From an uncultured Candidatus Saccharibacteria bacterium (GTDB taxonomy: Bacteria > Patescibacteriota > Minisyncoccia > Phycocordibacterales > UBA12445): a DNA stretch of 41,115 bases. The DNA lies in contig CAZXEK010000046.1 in the NCBI GenBank assembly GCA_964639675.1, forward strand, positions 1-41,115, read 5' to 3'. This document shows, in pieces, positions 24,408-33,944 of the stretch. The notes beneath the pieces were generated by a model. The model ran no database searches, had not been told where the DNA came from, and saw nothing but the letters and a program-made list of their open reading frames with translations. Numbering within the stretch: position 1 is the stretch's first letter; each line of letters opens with the position of its first letter. The translations under genes and the position numbers were made by a program.

Positions 24408-26789
24408 ATGAAGTTAAGTGAATTTGATCAAAATAAAATATCTTTTTATCCCATACTGTTTTTGGAGCGTATTTTTCCCCGATCTATTCGGCGGGCAATA
24501 TTGTCACTCAATAAGCATCTCCTCTATCTTTTCCTTGCGGGTCTTCTTCTAAGTAAGTTTTACGATCAGTATGTTCCCGTACTTATTAACTTTCTAGGCC
24601 TGACAATAATACTTATAACGATCTCCTTGCTGACATTGCTTATGGAAGTATTTTTTCGCTCCTACTATTATACTGGGATCACCAAGGCAGAGTTAGATGC
24701 TGGCAGAGTAATTTACCAAGCCCAAAAAGGTGACCTGCTCCAATCTATCTTTTCTTTGCCAGTTGGACGTAAATTAATTTTAAGATTGGGAATTGGAAAA
24801 TCAGAGCTCGATAGTTTTTTATCACAAAGAAAAGAGACAATCTTCGACTATGATTTACCAGAGCTTAATTCGCAAAACTTCTTTACCACCAAAGAACTGA
24901 TACTCTCGCTTTTTCGGCAAGACAATGAGTTTGCTAAACTTATTTTTGATTTTGGTATAAGCGAAAAAGACCTTTCAAACACCCTTGACTGGATTATTAT
25001 GGAAGATGCCTATCTATCAGAGAAAGAGAGGTGGTGGTCAAGAGATAATTTGTCAGAAAGGAGGGCAATTGGAAAGGAGTACGCTTTTGGGCGGACATCC
25101 TTTTTGGATCGTTTCAGTCATGATCTTTCTTCTGATCCGACACTCTTTGGGGAGAAATCTGAAAGGTCATATAGAGACGACTTGGTTTCTCAGATGGAAA
25201 TTGTCTTTTCGAGGTCAAAAAATGCCAATGTCATAGTCGTTGGAGATCCCGGAGCTCAAGTCTTCGGCGTTGTTTTAGATTTTGTACGAAAGGTTGTAAG
25301 TGGCCGAGTTCGTTCTAACGTAGCCTATAGTAGAGTTCTGGACCTAGATTGGAACATGTTGGTGTCGGAATCTAAAGAAAAGACAACCCTTGAAAGCAAC
25401 TTGATTAGATGTTTAAATGAGGCTCTCTATGCTGGAAATATAATTTTGGTAATTCAAAACTTTCCATCATTTGTGATGTCAACTGAATCCCTCGGTTCTC
25501 TGCTGGCTAGTTTAATTGGTCCTTATCTTGAAAAGAATATTCAAATCATAGCCACCACGGAACCGGTTTTATTCCATCAAAAGATAGAACCCAATCCAAC
25601 TCTGGTTCGGTATTTTGAAAAAGTTTTAGTAAAAGAACCTGACGAAGGCAAGACACTAGAAATTGTCTTAAATTTTATACGTGATATTGAGAAGCAGAGC
25701 AAAACATTTTTTAGTTACCATGCGGTGATAGAGATTATAAGATCTGCTAACTACTATATTACCTTGGGCGTGATGCCCAATAAGGCAATTAATTTAGTCT
25801 TAGAAATCACGGCGAGCGCGGGCTATCACGGGATCAAGTTTATCGGTAAAAAAGAGGTTTTAGATTTCGTAAGAACTAAGACGGCCATCCCAGTTGGGGA
25901 TATCGGTGTCCACGAAAGGGAGGTTTTACTTAGTTTAGAGGCTGGCTTACATAAAAGGGTTATCGGACAAGCCGAGGCGATTGTCGCCATTAGCAATGCC
26001 TTGAGACGATCTAGGGCCGGTGTTCGAGATCCGAAAAAGCCGATTGGATCCTTCCTCTTCCTTGGGCCAACTGGTGTCGGTAAGACTGAGACGGCTAAGG
26101 CCTTAGCACAGATATTCTATGGTGATGAGAAGTATATGCTAAGACTTGACATGAGTGAATATCAAACCCCTAATTCCATCAACAAATTAATCGGTTCCTT
26201 TGAAGAAAATAAGTCTGGGGTCTTATCTAACATGCTCCGAGAGAATCCTTATGGGGTTTTACTATTAGATGAGTTTGAGAAGTCTGATAAAGATGTTTTG
26301 AACCTCTTCTTACAGATTTTCGATGAAGGTTTTTTTTCAGATATGGCTGGTAAAAAAGTTTCAACCCAAAACATAATGTTCATTGCGACATCAAATGCTG
26401 CTAGCCAGATGATTTTCGATATTACTGAAAGAGGAGATGATCCACATAAATTCAAAATGGAAATTATCAATAAGATTGTCTCTGATGGCATCTATAAGCC
26501 CGAACTTATAAATCGTTTTGATGATGTAATAATTTTTCATCCGCTAACAAAAGATGAATTACAGAAAATAGCCTCGCTTATGTTAAAAAAACTTGCCAAT
26601 AGACTTCGAGAAAAGGGAATAGAGCTTGTAATTAGTCCGGCCTTGATTGAAAAAATCGTAGAGGCGGGTTATAGTCGAACTTTCGGCGCTAGACCAATGA
26701 ATCGAGCAATTCAAGCGATTGTCGAGGAGCCAATTGCTAGAAAAATTATTTCTGGAGAGCTCGTCGCTGGCGGCAAGATGGAATTTTAA
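24408..26789 (+). CDS. Clp/Hsp100-family AAA+ ATPase with N-terminal TM segments and a degenerate first nucleotide-binding domain
   Basis: D2 is intact: Walker A LGPTGVGKTE, Walker B LLLDEFEK, sensor GARPMNRAIQ. The D1-equivalent reads GDPGAQVF where GEPGVGKT is expected, and VIQNF where IDEIH is expected. Residues ~35-80 are hydrophobic. Confidence 0.8.
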   Translation: MKLSEFDQNKISFYPILFLERIFPRSIRRAILSLNKHLLYLFLAGLLLSKFYDQYVPVLINFLGLTIILITISLLTLLMEVFFRSYYYTGITKAELDAGRVIYQAQKGDLLQSIFSLPVGRKLILRLGIGKSELDSFLSQRKETIFDYDLPELNSQNFFTTKELILSLFRQDNEFAKLIFDFGISEKDLSNTLDWIIMEDAYLSEKERWWSRDNLSERRAIGKEYAFGRTSFLDRFSHDLSSDPTLFGEKSERSYRDDLVSQMEIVFSRSKNANVIVVGDPGAQVFGVVLDFVRKVVSGRVRSNVAYSRVLDLDWNMLVSESKEKTTLESNLIRCLNEALYAGNIILVIQNFPSFVMSTESLGSLLASLIGPYLEKNIQIIATTEPVLFHQKIEPNPTLVRYFEKVLVKEPDEGKTLEIVLNFIRDIEKQSKTFFSYHAVIEIIRSANYYITLGVMPNKAINLVLEITASAGYHGIKFIGKKEVLDFVRTKTAIPVGDIGVHEREVLLSLEAGLHKRVIGQAEAIVAISNALRRSRAGVRDPKKPIGSFLFLGPTGVGKTETAKALAQIFYGDEKYMLRLDMSEYQTPNSINKLIGSFEENKSGVLSNMLRENPYGVLLLDEFEKSDKDVLNLFLQIFDEGFFSDMAGKKVSTQNIMFIATSNAASQMIFDITERGDDPHKFKMEIINKIVSDGIYKPELINRFDDVIIFHPLTKDELQKIASLMLKKLANRLREKGIELVISPALIEKIVEAGYSRTFGARPMNRAIQAIVEEPIARKIISGELVAGGKMEF

Positions 26790-26795
26790 TGATCT

Positions 26796-27833
26796 ATGCA
26801 GAAAGGGTTTTGGCAAAAAATTAAAAAGCCAATTATGGTTTTAGCGCCAATGGCAGATGTAACTGACGCGGCTTTTCGACGTTTGATAGCCAAGTATGGT
26901 AAGCCAGATATTACTTGGACAGAATTTGTTTCTTGTGATGGACTTGTTTCAGAAGGTAAAAAAAGACTACTGAAAGATCTCTGGTTTACCGAATCTGAGC
27001 GACCGATATTAGCACAATTTTTTGGGGCAAAACCAGAAAACTTTTACAGATGTGCAGAGTTGGCCCAAGAGCTTGGTTTCGACGGGATAGACATAAATAT
27101 GGGTTGTCCAGATAGGGGGATAAACAAACAGAAGGCTGGAGCCGATCTGATTAATGATCCAGAATTAGCAAAAAAGATTATAAGAGAGACACAACGAGGA
27201 GCGGGTGGGTTGCCTGTCTCTGTTAAAACTCGAGTCGGGTATAATAAAGAAAGCTTAGAGGAGTGGCTTAAGCACCTGCTTTCGACAGAGCCTGTGGCCA
27301 TAATGATTCATGCTAGAACCAGAAAAGAGATGTCTCTGGTACCGGCCCGCTGGGATCTTATTGCTCAAGCTAAAGAGCTTGCCAGGGAAAGTCAGACCTT
27401 GATTATAGGTAACGGCGATGTCAAAGACTTACGAGATGCTTACTATAAGACTCATGAGAGTGGTGCTGATGGTGCCATGCTTGGGCGTGCCGTCTTCGGC
27501 AATCCTTGGTTATTTTGCGACTATAATCGAAAAAAGGCTAAAGAAGAATTTAACTTGGGAGCTCAACTCCCAAGTACTTCAAAGACAGAGTTTATGGATT
27601 TTAAGAGCACTCTCTCATTAAGAGAAAGACTTGGGGTGATGCTCGAGCACGCTAGGTTATATGAGGGGCTTTTTTCGGGAGTTAAGAGTTTTGCTCTTAT
27701 GCGGAAGCATTTCGGTTCTTATATTGGAGGGTTCGCCGGTGCCAAAGAGCTTCGTACAAGATTAATGGGGGCGAATAATGTGAGAGACGTCGAGGAGATT
27801 ATTACACCACATATTTCTACGCGCGTCATTTGA
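26796..27833 (+). CDS. dus: tRNA-dihydrouridine synthase
   Basis: MVLAPMADVTDAAFR, GFDGIDINMGCP and GRAVFGNPWLF motifs. Confidence 0.9.
   Translation: MQKGFWQKIKKPIMVLAPMADVTDAAFRRLIAKYGKPDITWTEFVSCDGLVSEGKKRLLKDLWFTESERPILAQFFGAKPENFYRCAELAQELGFDGIDINMGCPDRGINKQKAGADLINDPELAKKIIRETQRGAGGLPVSVKTRVGYNKESLEEWLKHLLSTEPVAIMIHARTRKEMSLVPARWDLIAQAKELARESQTLIIGNGDVKDLRDAYYKTHESGADGAMLGRAVFGNPWLFCDYNRKKAKEEFNLGAQLPSTSKTEFMDFKSTLSLRERLGVMLEHARLYEGLFSGVKSFALMRKHFGSYIGGFAGAKELRTRLMGANNVRDVEEIITPHISTRVI
27553..27575. repeat. Copy C of the palindromic motif, located inside the dus coding sequence
   Basis: ACTTGGGAG-CTCAA-CTCCCAAGT. The reverse complement of its 19-nt core differs from copy B (TTGGGAGCTGAGCTCCCAA) at one position. 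It encodes LGAQLPS. Confidence 0.7.
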
Positions 27834-27915
27834 CAATATATGTATAAAGATTTATTCTTTGGCTGGTTTAGTTTGTCACCATTGAACTTTTAAAATTCAA
27901 AAAGGAGGTTGGCTC

Positions 27916-28458
27916 GTGAAAATTAAATTTAACCCTGTGAAAATTCCCGAAACTATAATGAAGAAGGTAGAAGGGCTTGCAGATAAAAATAAGCGGAGGG
28001 AAATTGCTGAAAAAAAAAGGGTGGAAAAAGAGCACACTCAGACCAAGGGACTAGAGGATCTAAGGAAGTTGAACTGGGTTCAACTTAATGTCCATGCTAG
28101 AGAGATTTTGCACTGGATCTATGAATTTGTTCGAAGTCCAGACGGTAAGAAGTTCTTTAAGCAGGTTCATACTATCAGGATATTTTGTGCATCATTTTGG
28201 CTAGGATTTCCTGTGAAAGAAGCTTATAGTACAACCTTTGCCACGATTGAAGTTGATAGACATGGAAATGTATCGTATAACGAGAGATATAAAGGGATGC
28301 CGGCCCATACTATAAAACTTGGTAAGATCCCAATCGTACCAGAAACTTTGGTCGAGAAACTTCATCCAGATTATTTAGTACAGCTTGCCGAGCACCTTTT
28401 ATCTGGAGCTGTTTGGAATTACATTGAGACAGCAATGCCCGAAGCGATAGACCCTTGA
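27916..28458 (+). CDS. Hypothetical protein (180 aa)
   Basis: GTG start with AAAGGAGG 7 nt upstream. No recognisable family. Confidence 0.6.
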   Translation: MKIKFNPVKIPETIMKKVEGLADKNKRREIAEKKRVEKEHTQTKGLEDLRKLNWVQLNVHAREILHWIYEFVRSPDGKKFFKQVHTIRIFCASFWLGFPVKEAYSTTFATIEVDRHGNVSYNERYKGMPAHTIKLGKIPIVPETLVEKLHPDYLVQLAEHLLSGAVWNYIETAMPEAIDP

Positions 28459-28479
28459 GTCAGTTAGGAGGCAAAAAAG

Positions 28480-28923
28480 ATGGAATTTAGTCTTGAAAAC
28501 GAACAAGATTGTCCATTTATTGATCCGGATGGCCCCATTCGTTGGCTTGATAATGACTCCTTACTTGGGAGGCAGTGGTTTGGACCTAAAAATAACCTTG
28601 TTTTGATGAAATTTCTACCTACTGGATCAATTGCAGTAAGAATCCCAGTGGGTTTTGTTTTTAGTCTGGACCATTTCGAAGTTTCTTCAGACGGATTATC
28701 TGTAACAGTAACATCTTCTCGGGATAAGAAAACGAATGTTGTTGACATGAGAAGCCGTAAGGTTAGGAAGACTCGTAAGTTTGTTCCTGGATGGTCGGCC
28801 TACAGACAGAAATTCTTGGATCTAGATCTTATGATTTTTTCGCCGAACCACAGAAGGGTTGCTAAAAGAGTTTATGATCCAGATGGTAAATTACTTCTGC
28901 GAATTTATGATTTTGTGGCGTAG
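28480..28923 (+). CDS. Hypothetical protein (147 aa)
   Basis: ATG start with TAGGAGG 9 nt upstream. A terminator follows. No recognisable family. Confidence 0.6.
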   Translation: MEFSLENEQDCPFIDPDGPIRWLDNDSLLGRQWFGPKNNLVLMKFLPTGSIAVRIPVGFVFSLDHFEVSSDGLSVTVTSSRDKKTNVVDMRSRKVRKTRKFVPGWSAYRQKFLDLDLMIFSPNHRRVAKRVYDPDGKLLLRIYDFVA

Positions 28924-28944
28924 TCGATAGTGGCTTTAATTCTG

Positions 28945-28974
28945 GCTCTCGCTTTGACCGCGGGAGCTTTTTTT
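28945..28974 (+). terminator. Rho-independent terminator of the two-gene cassette
   Basis: GCTCTCGC-TTTGACC-GCGGGAGC (one G:U pair) followed by TTTTTTT. Confidence 0.75.
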
Positions 28975-28990
28975 GTAATAATAAGAGGCG

Positions 28991-30337
28991 ATGTTTTTAA
29001 AATCAAAAAGATATCTATCTTTAGTTCTGTTTTTTGTTATAATACCAGCTATTTTTTTTCTGGCGGGATTATATATTGGTACTAAAGGGCGAGTTTCTGA
29101 CCTAGAGAAGCTTGGTTATATAAGTAATAAGGAGCCAGTGCTTCCTATAACAGCCGACTTCTCTTTATTTTGGAAAACATGGAATACAATAAACGATAAA
29201 TTTGTGGACAGTCGTTTTTCTTCTACATCCGCGACTGGCACAGTGCTTCGGGCTGCTACAGACCAAGATAAAATCTATGGGGCGATCTCCGGACTAGTTA
29301 AATCTCTAGGTGATCCCTATACGGTTTTTATGAAGCCAGATGAGGCGGAGATGTTTCAGAATGACATAAATGGTAGTTTCCATGGGGTTGGCATGGAAGT
29401 TGGACTAAAGAATGATCTACTTACTGTAATAGCCCCGCTTGAGGGTACCCCAGCCAAGATTGCTGGAATAAGAGCGGGAGATAAAATTATTAAGATTGAT
29501 GGGAGGCCTACTCTTGGTCTAGCAGTAGAAGAGGCGGTAAAAATGATTCGTGGCCCCAAGGGTACCACAGTTGAACTATCATTACTTCGAGACAAGGAGG
29601 AGGATCTGTTAAACATAAAAGTTGTAAGGGATATAATAAACATACCCGTGCTTGATATCGGAAATAGTAAGTCAACCAACAAAGATGGTACCTTAAGGAA
29701 CGGTAAGGGAGGGACAGTGAATGATGCGAATAATACTGGCCTGAGAAAGGATGGTATTTTTGTCATGAGACTCTACAACTTCTCTGCACCATCACCAGAA
29801 TATTTTAGAGAAGCCCTAAAGAAATTGGTGGTTTCAAAATCCGATAAATTGATACTAGATCTTCGTGGTAATCCCGGAGGGTTCTTAGAGGCGGCAGTTG
29901 AGATTGCTAGTTGGTTCCTACCAGCCGGTAAGATTGTAGTGAGAGAGGTTATAAATAAAGAGGGGGAAGAAAGGGTTCATAGAAGCAAGGGCTATGATAT
30001 TTTTAATAAAAACCTGAAGATGGTGGTTTTGGTAGACAGAGGCAGTGCTTCGGCCTCTGAGATTTTAGCAGGAGCTCTTTCAGAGCATAAGGTCGCTTTG
30101 TTGATTGGCGAACAAACCTTCGGGAAGGGTTCAGTGCAGGAATTGGTATCGGTTGCATCAGACAGTTTTGTGAAGATCACAATTGCTAAGTGGATGACGC
30201 CAGATGGTCACTCAATCTCTCTACGCGGCTTGACTCCAGACTTCGTTATATCTATAACTAAGGAAGATATTAAGGCAGGTCGTGATCCGCAGTTTGATGC
30301 GGCAGTTAGTTATTTATTAACAGGTAAGGTAAAGTAA
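28991..30337 (+). CDS. ctp: Carboxy-terminal processing peptidase (S41, Ctp-type) with a PDZ domain
   Basis: N-terminal TM helix; PDZ (GMEVGLKNDLLTVIAPLEGTPAKIAGIRAGDKIIKIDG); catalytic motifs DLRGNPGG, VDRGSASASEILAGAL and GEQTFGKGSVQ. Confidence 0.9.
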   Translation: MFLKSKRYLSLVLFFVIIPAIFFLAGLYIGTKGRVSDLEKLGYISNKEPVLPITADFSLFWKTWNTINDKFVDSRFSSTSATGTVLRAATDQDKIYGAISGLVKSLGDPYTVFMKPDEAEMFQNDINGSFHGVGMEVGLKNDLLTVIAPLEGTPAKIAGIRAGDKIIKIDGRPTLGLAVEEAVKMIRGPKGTTVELSLLRDKEEDLLNIKVVRDIINIPVLDIGNSKSTNKDGTLRNGKGGTVNDANNTGLRKDGIFVMRLYNFSAPSPEYFREALKKLVVSKSDKLILDLRGNPGGFLEAAVEIASWFLPAGKIVVREVINKEGEERVHRSKGYDIFNKNLKMVVLVDRGSASASEILAGALSEHKVALLIGEQTFGKGSVQELVSVASDSFVKITIAKWMTPDGHSISLRGLTPDFVISITKEDIKAGRDPQFDAAVSYLLTGKVK

Positions 30338-30344
30338 ATAAAAA

Positions 30345-30791
30345 ATGCAAGTTATTTTATTAAAAGATGTCCCCAAGGTAGGCAGAAAATATGATATAAA
30401 AAATGTCTCAGATGGATATGGACGAAATTTTCTGATTAAAAATCATCTGGCCGAATTGGCCACCAAAAATTCTTTAAAGGTAGCGAATGATCTCAAGGAG
30501 AAAATCATTGCAGTTAAAAAAGTGGAGGAGTCTAAGATTGACGAGAGGCTTTCTAAGTTAGCTTCAATCACGATAAAACTAAACCGAAAAGCAAATAGCG
30601 ATGGGGTGCTGTTTGCTGGAGTAAACGCTAATGATTTAGCCGAGACTATTACAAAACAGACCGGAATGGTTGTTTTACCTGAGTGTATAAAATTAATTAA
30701 GCCAGTTAAGAGCGTGGGTGAATATGAAGTGGATGTAGCTTTTGGTGATCACAAAACCAGATTTAAGCTTCTGGTTCTACATTCACAATAG
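30345..30791 (+). CDS. rplI: 50S ribosomal protein L9
   Basis: [31 protein letters not shown] is the canonical L9 N-terminus. Confidence 0.92.
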   Translation: MQVILLKDVPKVGRKYDIKNVSDGYGRNFLIKNHLAELATKNSLKVANDLKEKIIAVKKVEESKIDERLSKLASITIKLNRKANSDGVLFAGVNANDLAETITKQTGMVVLPECIKLIKPVKSVGEYEVDVAFGDHKTRFKLLVLHSQ

Positions 30792-31044
30792 TCTTCTTTA
30801 ATGTTTTGCCATCGAATTTTATTTTTCTTCTTTGGTCAAAATTCACAATGCCAGATTTTAGTGCAAATAGTGTATGATCTTTACCAGTACCAACATTGGT
30901 CCCGGCCTCAATAACAGTACCTCTCTGGCGAACAATTATAGAGCCAGCCGAAGCCTTCTCTCCCTGATAGAGCTTAGTCCCCAGATATTGTGGTCCTGAA
31001 TCTTTGAGGTTTTTTGCTGAACCACCAGCTTTTTTATGAGCCAT
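30763..31044 (-). CDS. rpmA: 50S ribosomal protein L27
   Basis: [16 protein letters not shown]...[10 protein letters not shown]...[11 protein letters not shown] is canonical L27. Its 3' end overlaps the rplI 3' end by 29 nt in convergent orientation. Confidence 0.92.
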   Translation of the reverse strand: MAHKKAGGSAKNLKDSGPQYLGTKLYQGEKASAGSIIVRQRGTVIEAGTNVGTGKDHTLFALKSGIVNFDQRRKIKFDGKTLKKTIVNVEPEA

Positions 31045-31073
31045 ATATTAAAGTATATTAAGTATTTAATAGC

Positions 31074-31439
31074 ATGAGTCTAAACTATTTTTTTAAAAAG
31101 GTCAACTTTTTCACGGGGGACTCTCTATATATAACATATATGACTCTTCTTATAATTCTTGTAGGACTGTTGGGTTTCGGCTTAGGTAGGTTATCGAAAC
31201 TGGAGGAACGAAAGAGTCCCATAAATATAATAAGCCCCATAGAGGAAGAGGTTCGTTTGCCTATAAAAGTAAGTGAGGCACCCGGAAAATATGTAGGTTC
31301 AAAAGCCGGAAACTCCTACTATCTGCCTTGGTGCCTTGGGGTAAAAAAGATCAAAGATAGCAATAAAATCTGGTTTAATACAAAAGAAGAGGCTCTGCTA
31401 GCTGGCTATAAAAAAGCATCAACCTGCAAGGGCTTATAA
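31074..31439 (+). CDS. Membrane-anchored protein with a C-terminal Ada-like Zn-binding (sunset-type) domain
   Basis: One TM helix, then YYLPWCLGVKKIKDSNKIWFNTKEEALLAGYKKASTC. This resembles the YHxxxC...N..F.s..eA..aGYrpC..C motif. The start codon is uncertain. Confidence 0.55.
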   Translation: MSLNYFFKKVNFFTGDSLYITYMTLLIILVGLLGFGLGRLSKLEERKSPINIISPIEEEVRLPIKVSEAPGKYVGSKAGNSYYLPWCLGVKKIKDSNKIWFNTKEEALLAGYKKASTCKGL

Positions 31440-31561
31440 TTTTTTGTCGTGGATACAGCCAAACCGCGCACTTGATTCCTAGATATTTTTGATATATGAT
31501 GCATAATCTATTTAGAGATCGGTCGATCTTTAAAACTTATTATTTTTTTAGAAAATAAGAC

Positions 31562-31750
31562 ATGGGGAATAAAATAGTTTGGGTGGTTGTGGTTATATTG
31601 GCAATGGTTGGCCTTTACTACTGGTCAATGGCAGAAGTGGAAGTTATGCCAGCCGTTGAGGAAGTAGCTCCAGTCGCTCAAGAAACAGCTACGGAAAGTG
31701 ATCCAGGTGTACCAACAGAAGTTCCTGTTAGCAATTCCGAGGTCAGATAG
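31562..31750 (+). CDS. Small membrane-anchored protein with an acidic tail (62 aa), hypothetical
   Basis: One clear TM helix (IVWVVVVILAMVGLYYW). A weak hairpin plus T-run follows at ~31769-31805. No SD. Confidence 0.4.
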   Translation: MGNKIVWVVVVILAMVGLYYWSMAEVEVMPAVEEVAPVAQETATESDPGVPTEVPVSNSEVR

Positions 31751-31822
31751 AGATCTTTAAGATTTAACAAAAACGCTCCAGCAAAATGCCGGGCGTTTTT
31801 GTTTGACATTATTAGATTATTA

Positions 31823-33886
31823 ATGTTCAATATCACAGTGAATGAACTCTTTCAACTAAAATCTAAATTTAAACCGGCAGGCGATCAACCGAAGGCCATT
31901 AAAGACCTTGTAAGGGGCTTGGAGGGTGGTCTCAACCACCAGACCCTCTTCGGTGTTACTGGTTCCGGAAAAACGTTTACTATAGCGAATGTCATTGCTA
32001 AGTTTGGTAGACCGACCCTAGTTATTGCTCACAATAAGACTCTAGCGGCGCAACTAGCCCAAGAGTATAGAGAATTCTTCCCAAACAATGCTGTACATTA
32101 CTTTGTCTCTTATTACGATTATTACCAGCCGGAAGCCTATATGCCGATTACTGATACCTATATAGAAAAAGATGCAAAGATTAACGAGGAGATCGATCGC
32201 TTAAGACATGCTTCTACACAGGCCCTTCTGACAAGGAGAGATGTTATTATCGTTGCTTCGGTTTCCTGTATATATGGTCTGGGCAGTCCAGAGGAATACG
32301 AGAGTGAGAATTTAAAAATAAGAGTTGGTGATCGGATTTCTCGCCAGGATCTTTTTAAAAAACTTGTCTCTATACATTTTGAGAGGACAAACTCTGATCT
32401 TACCTCAGGTACATTTCGATCTTTGGGGAACAATATAGAGATTATGCCAACAGGTGAGAAAACTATTTTTAGTATTAATATTTTAGAACAAGGGGGTTAT
32501 GGTTACATAGACAATATTTTAAAAATTGACCCAACCTCCAGAGCATTAGTTAATAAACCTATTTTTTTCTATCTCTTTCCTGCTAAACATTTCTTGACCA
32601 ATAAAAATAAAAAAAGGTTGGCCCTACGATCTATCCGAGCTGAACTTGCTCTAAGACTTAAAGAATTAAAGAAGTCTGGTAAAATTCTAGAGGCCGAAAG
32701 ACTAAAGAGACGTACAAAATATGATCTTGCTATGATAGAAGAGGTTGGCTATTGCAGTGGAATAGAAAACTATTCTAGACATCTTTCCGCACGTGAGGCA
32801 GGGTCTCCACCAGATACTCTACTTTCTTATTTTCCACGCAAATCTAATGGCGAGGCAGATTTTTTAACTGTAATAGATGAGTCACACGTGACGATACCAC
32901 AGATTGCTGGTATGTATGCGGGCGATCAATCTAGGAAAAAGACCTTAATAGAGCATGGATTCAGATTGCCCTCTGCTCTAGATAATCGACCTTTTAAGTT
33001 TGAGGAGTTTAATAAAAGTATTAGTCAAGTTATCTATACTACAGCAACACCAGCTTTGTATGAGAAGGGATTAAGCCAAAAGTCAGATGGACAAGTTGTC
33101 GAGCAAATAATCAGACCGACTGGCCTGATTGATCCGGAGGTTATTATTCGTCCTATTTTGCCAGCTGCTAAATTTGAAGGACAAATAAAAGATTTCATAA
33201 AAGAGGTCAATAATACAATTAAAAAAGGTTTTAGGGTTATCGCCACAACCCTAACCAAGAAGATGGCAGAAGAGCTTTCTATATATTTCAAAGAGAAGGG
33301 GATTTTGGCCGAATATTTACATAGTGATATTAAAACCATAGAGAGAATAGGGATATTAAGTGATTTTAGAAGGGGTAAATTTGATTGTATTGTCGGGGTC
33401 AATCTCTTACGAGAAGGATTAGACCTGCCAGAAGTTGCTCTGATTGGTATTTTAGATGCAGATAAAGAAGGGTTTCTTAGGTCAGAAACTTCTTTGATTC
33501 AAATAATCGGTCGAGCGGCTAGAAATGTTTATGGTCGAGTTATCCTTTATGCTGATAAAACAACCAAGTCCATGGCGGCTGCTATTAATGAAACTGAAAA
33601 AAGAAGAAAGATCCAGCTTAGGTATAATAAGGATCATGGCATAACGCCCAAGACGGTCATCAAGTCTATTAAGGATATTACAGAGGGTATGGAATCCAAG
33701 CACAGCAAGACGGTCAACGCTCTACTTGAAATGGATAGATCTATTTTTGCCAAGAACCCAGAAGCGCTTATAAAAGAAAAGGAGCGTCAGATGAATGATG
33801 CAGTAAAAGTTCTAGATTTTGAAACTGCCGCCATTCTTAGGGACGAAATCAAAGTGTTAGTGGGAATGGAAATATCTGAAGATTAA
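31823..33886 (+). CDS. uvrB: Excinuclease ABC subunit B
   Basis: KPAGDQPKAI, GVTGSGKTFT, DESHVT, the helicase C-terminal motifs and the C-terminal UVR motif (LDFETAAILRDEI). ATG 31823 is preferred over the ORF-track TTG 31799. Confidence 0.95.
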   Translation: MFNITVNELFQLKSKFKPAGDQPKAIKDLVRGLEGGLNHQTLFGVTGSGKTFTIANVIAKFGRPTLVIAHNKTLAAQLAQEYREFFPNNAVHYFVSYYDYYQPEAYMPITDTYIEKDAKINEEIDRLRHASTQALLTRRDVIIVASVSCIYGLGSPEEYESENLKIRVGDRISRQDLFKKLVSIHFERTNSDLTSGTFRSLGNNIEIMPTGEKTIFSINILEQGGYGYIDNILKIDPTSRALVNKPIFFYLFPAKHFLTNKNKKRLALRSIRAELALRLKELKKSGKILEAERLKRRTKYDLAMIEEVGYCSGIENYSRHLSAREAGSPPDTLLSYFPRKSNGEADFLTVIDESHVTIPQIAGMYAGDQSRKKTLIEHGFRLPSALDNRPFKFEEFNKSISQVIYTTATPALYEKGLSQKSDGQVVEQIIRPTGLIDPEVIIRPILPAAKFEGQIKDFIKEVNNTIKKGFRVIATTLTKKMAEELSIYFKEKGILAEYLHSDIKTIERIGILSDFRRGKFDCIVGVNLLREGLDLPEVALIGILDADKEGFLRSETSLIQIIGRAARNVYGRVILYADKTTKSMAAAINETEKRRKIQLRYNKDHGITPKTVIKSIKDITEGMESKHSKTVNALLEMDRSIFAKNPEALIKEKERQMNDAVKVLDFETAAILRDEIKVLVGMEISED

Positions 33887-33899
33887 CTCCTTTTTCTTA

Positions 33900-33935
33900 C
33901 TATGAATTCTGTCACGATCATGACAGAATTCATAG
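33900..33935. repeat. 15-bp-stem hairpin between uvrB and uvrA
   Basis: CTATGAATTCTGTCA-CGATCA-TGACAGAATTCATAG. No T-run follows. Confidence 0.8.
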
Positions 33936-33944
33936 TGAATAATC

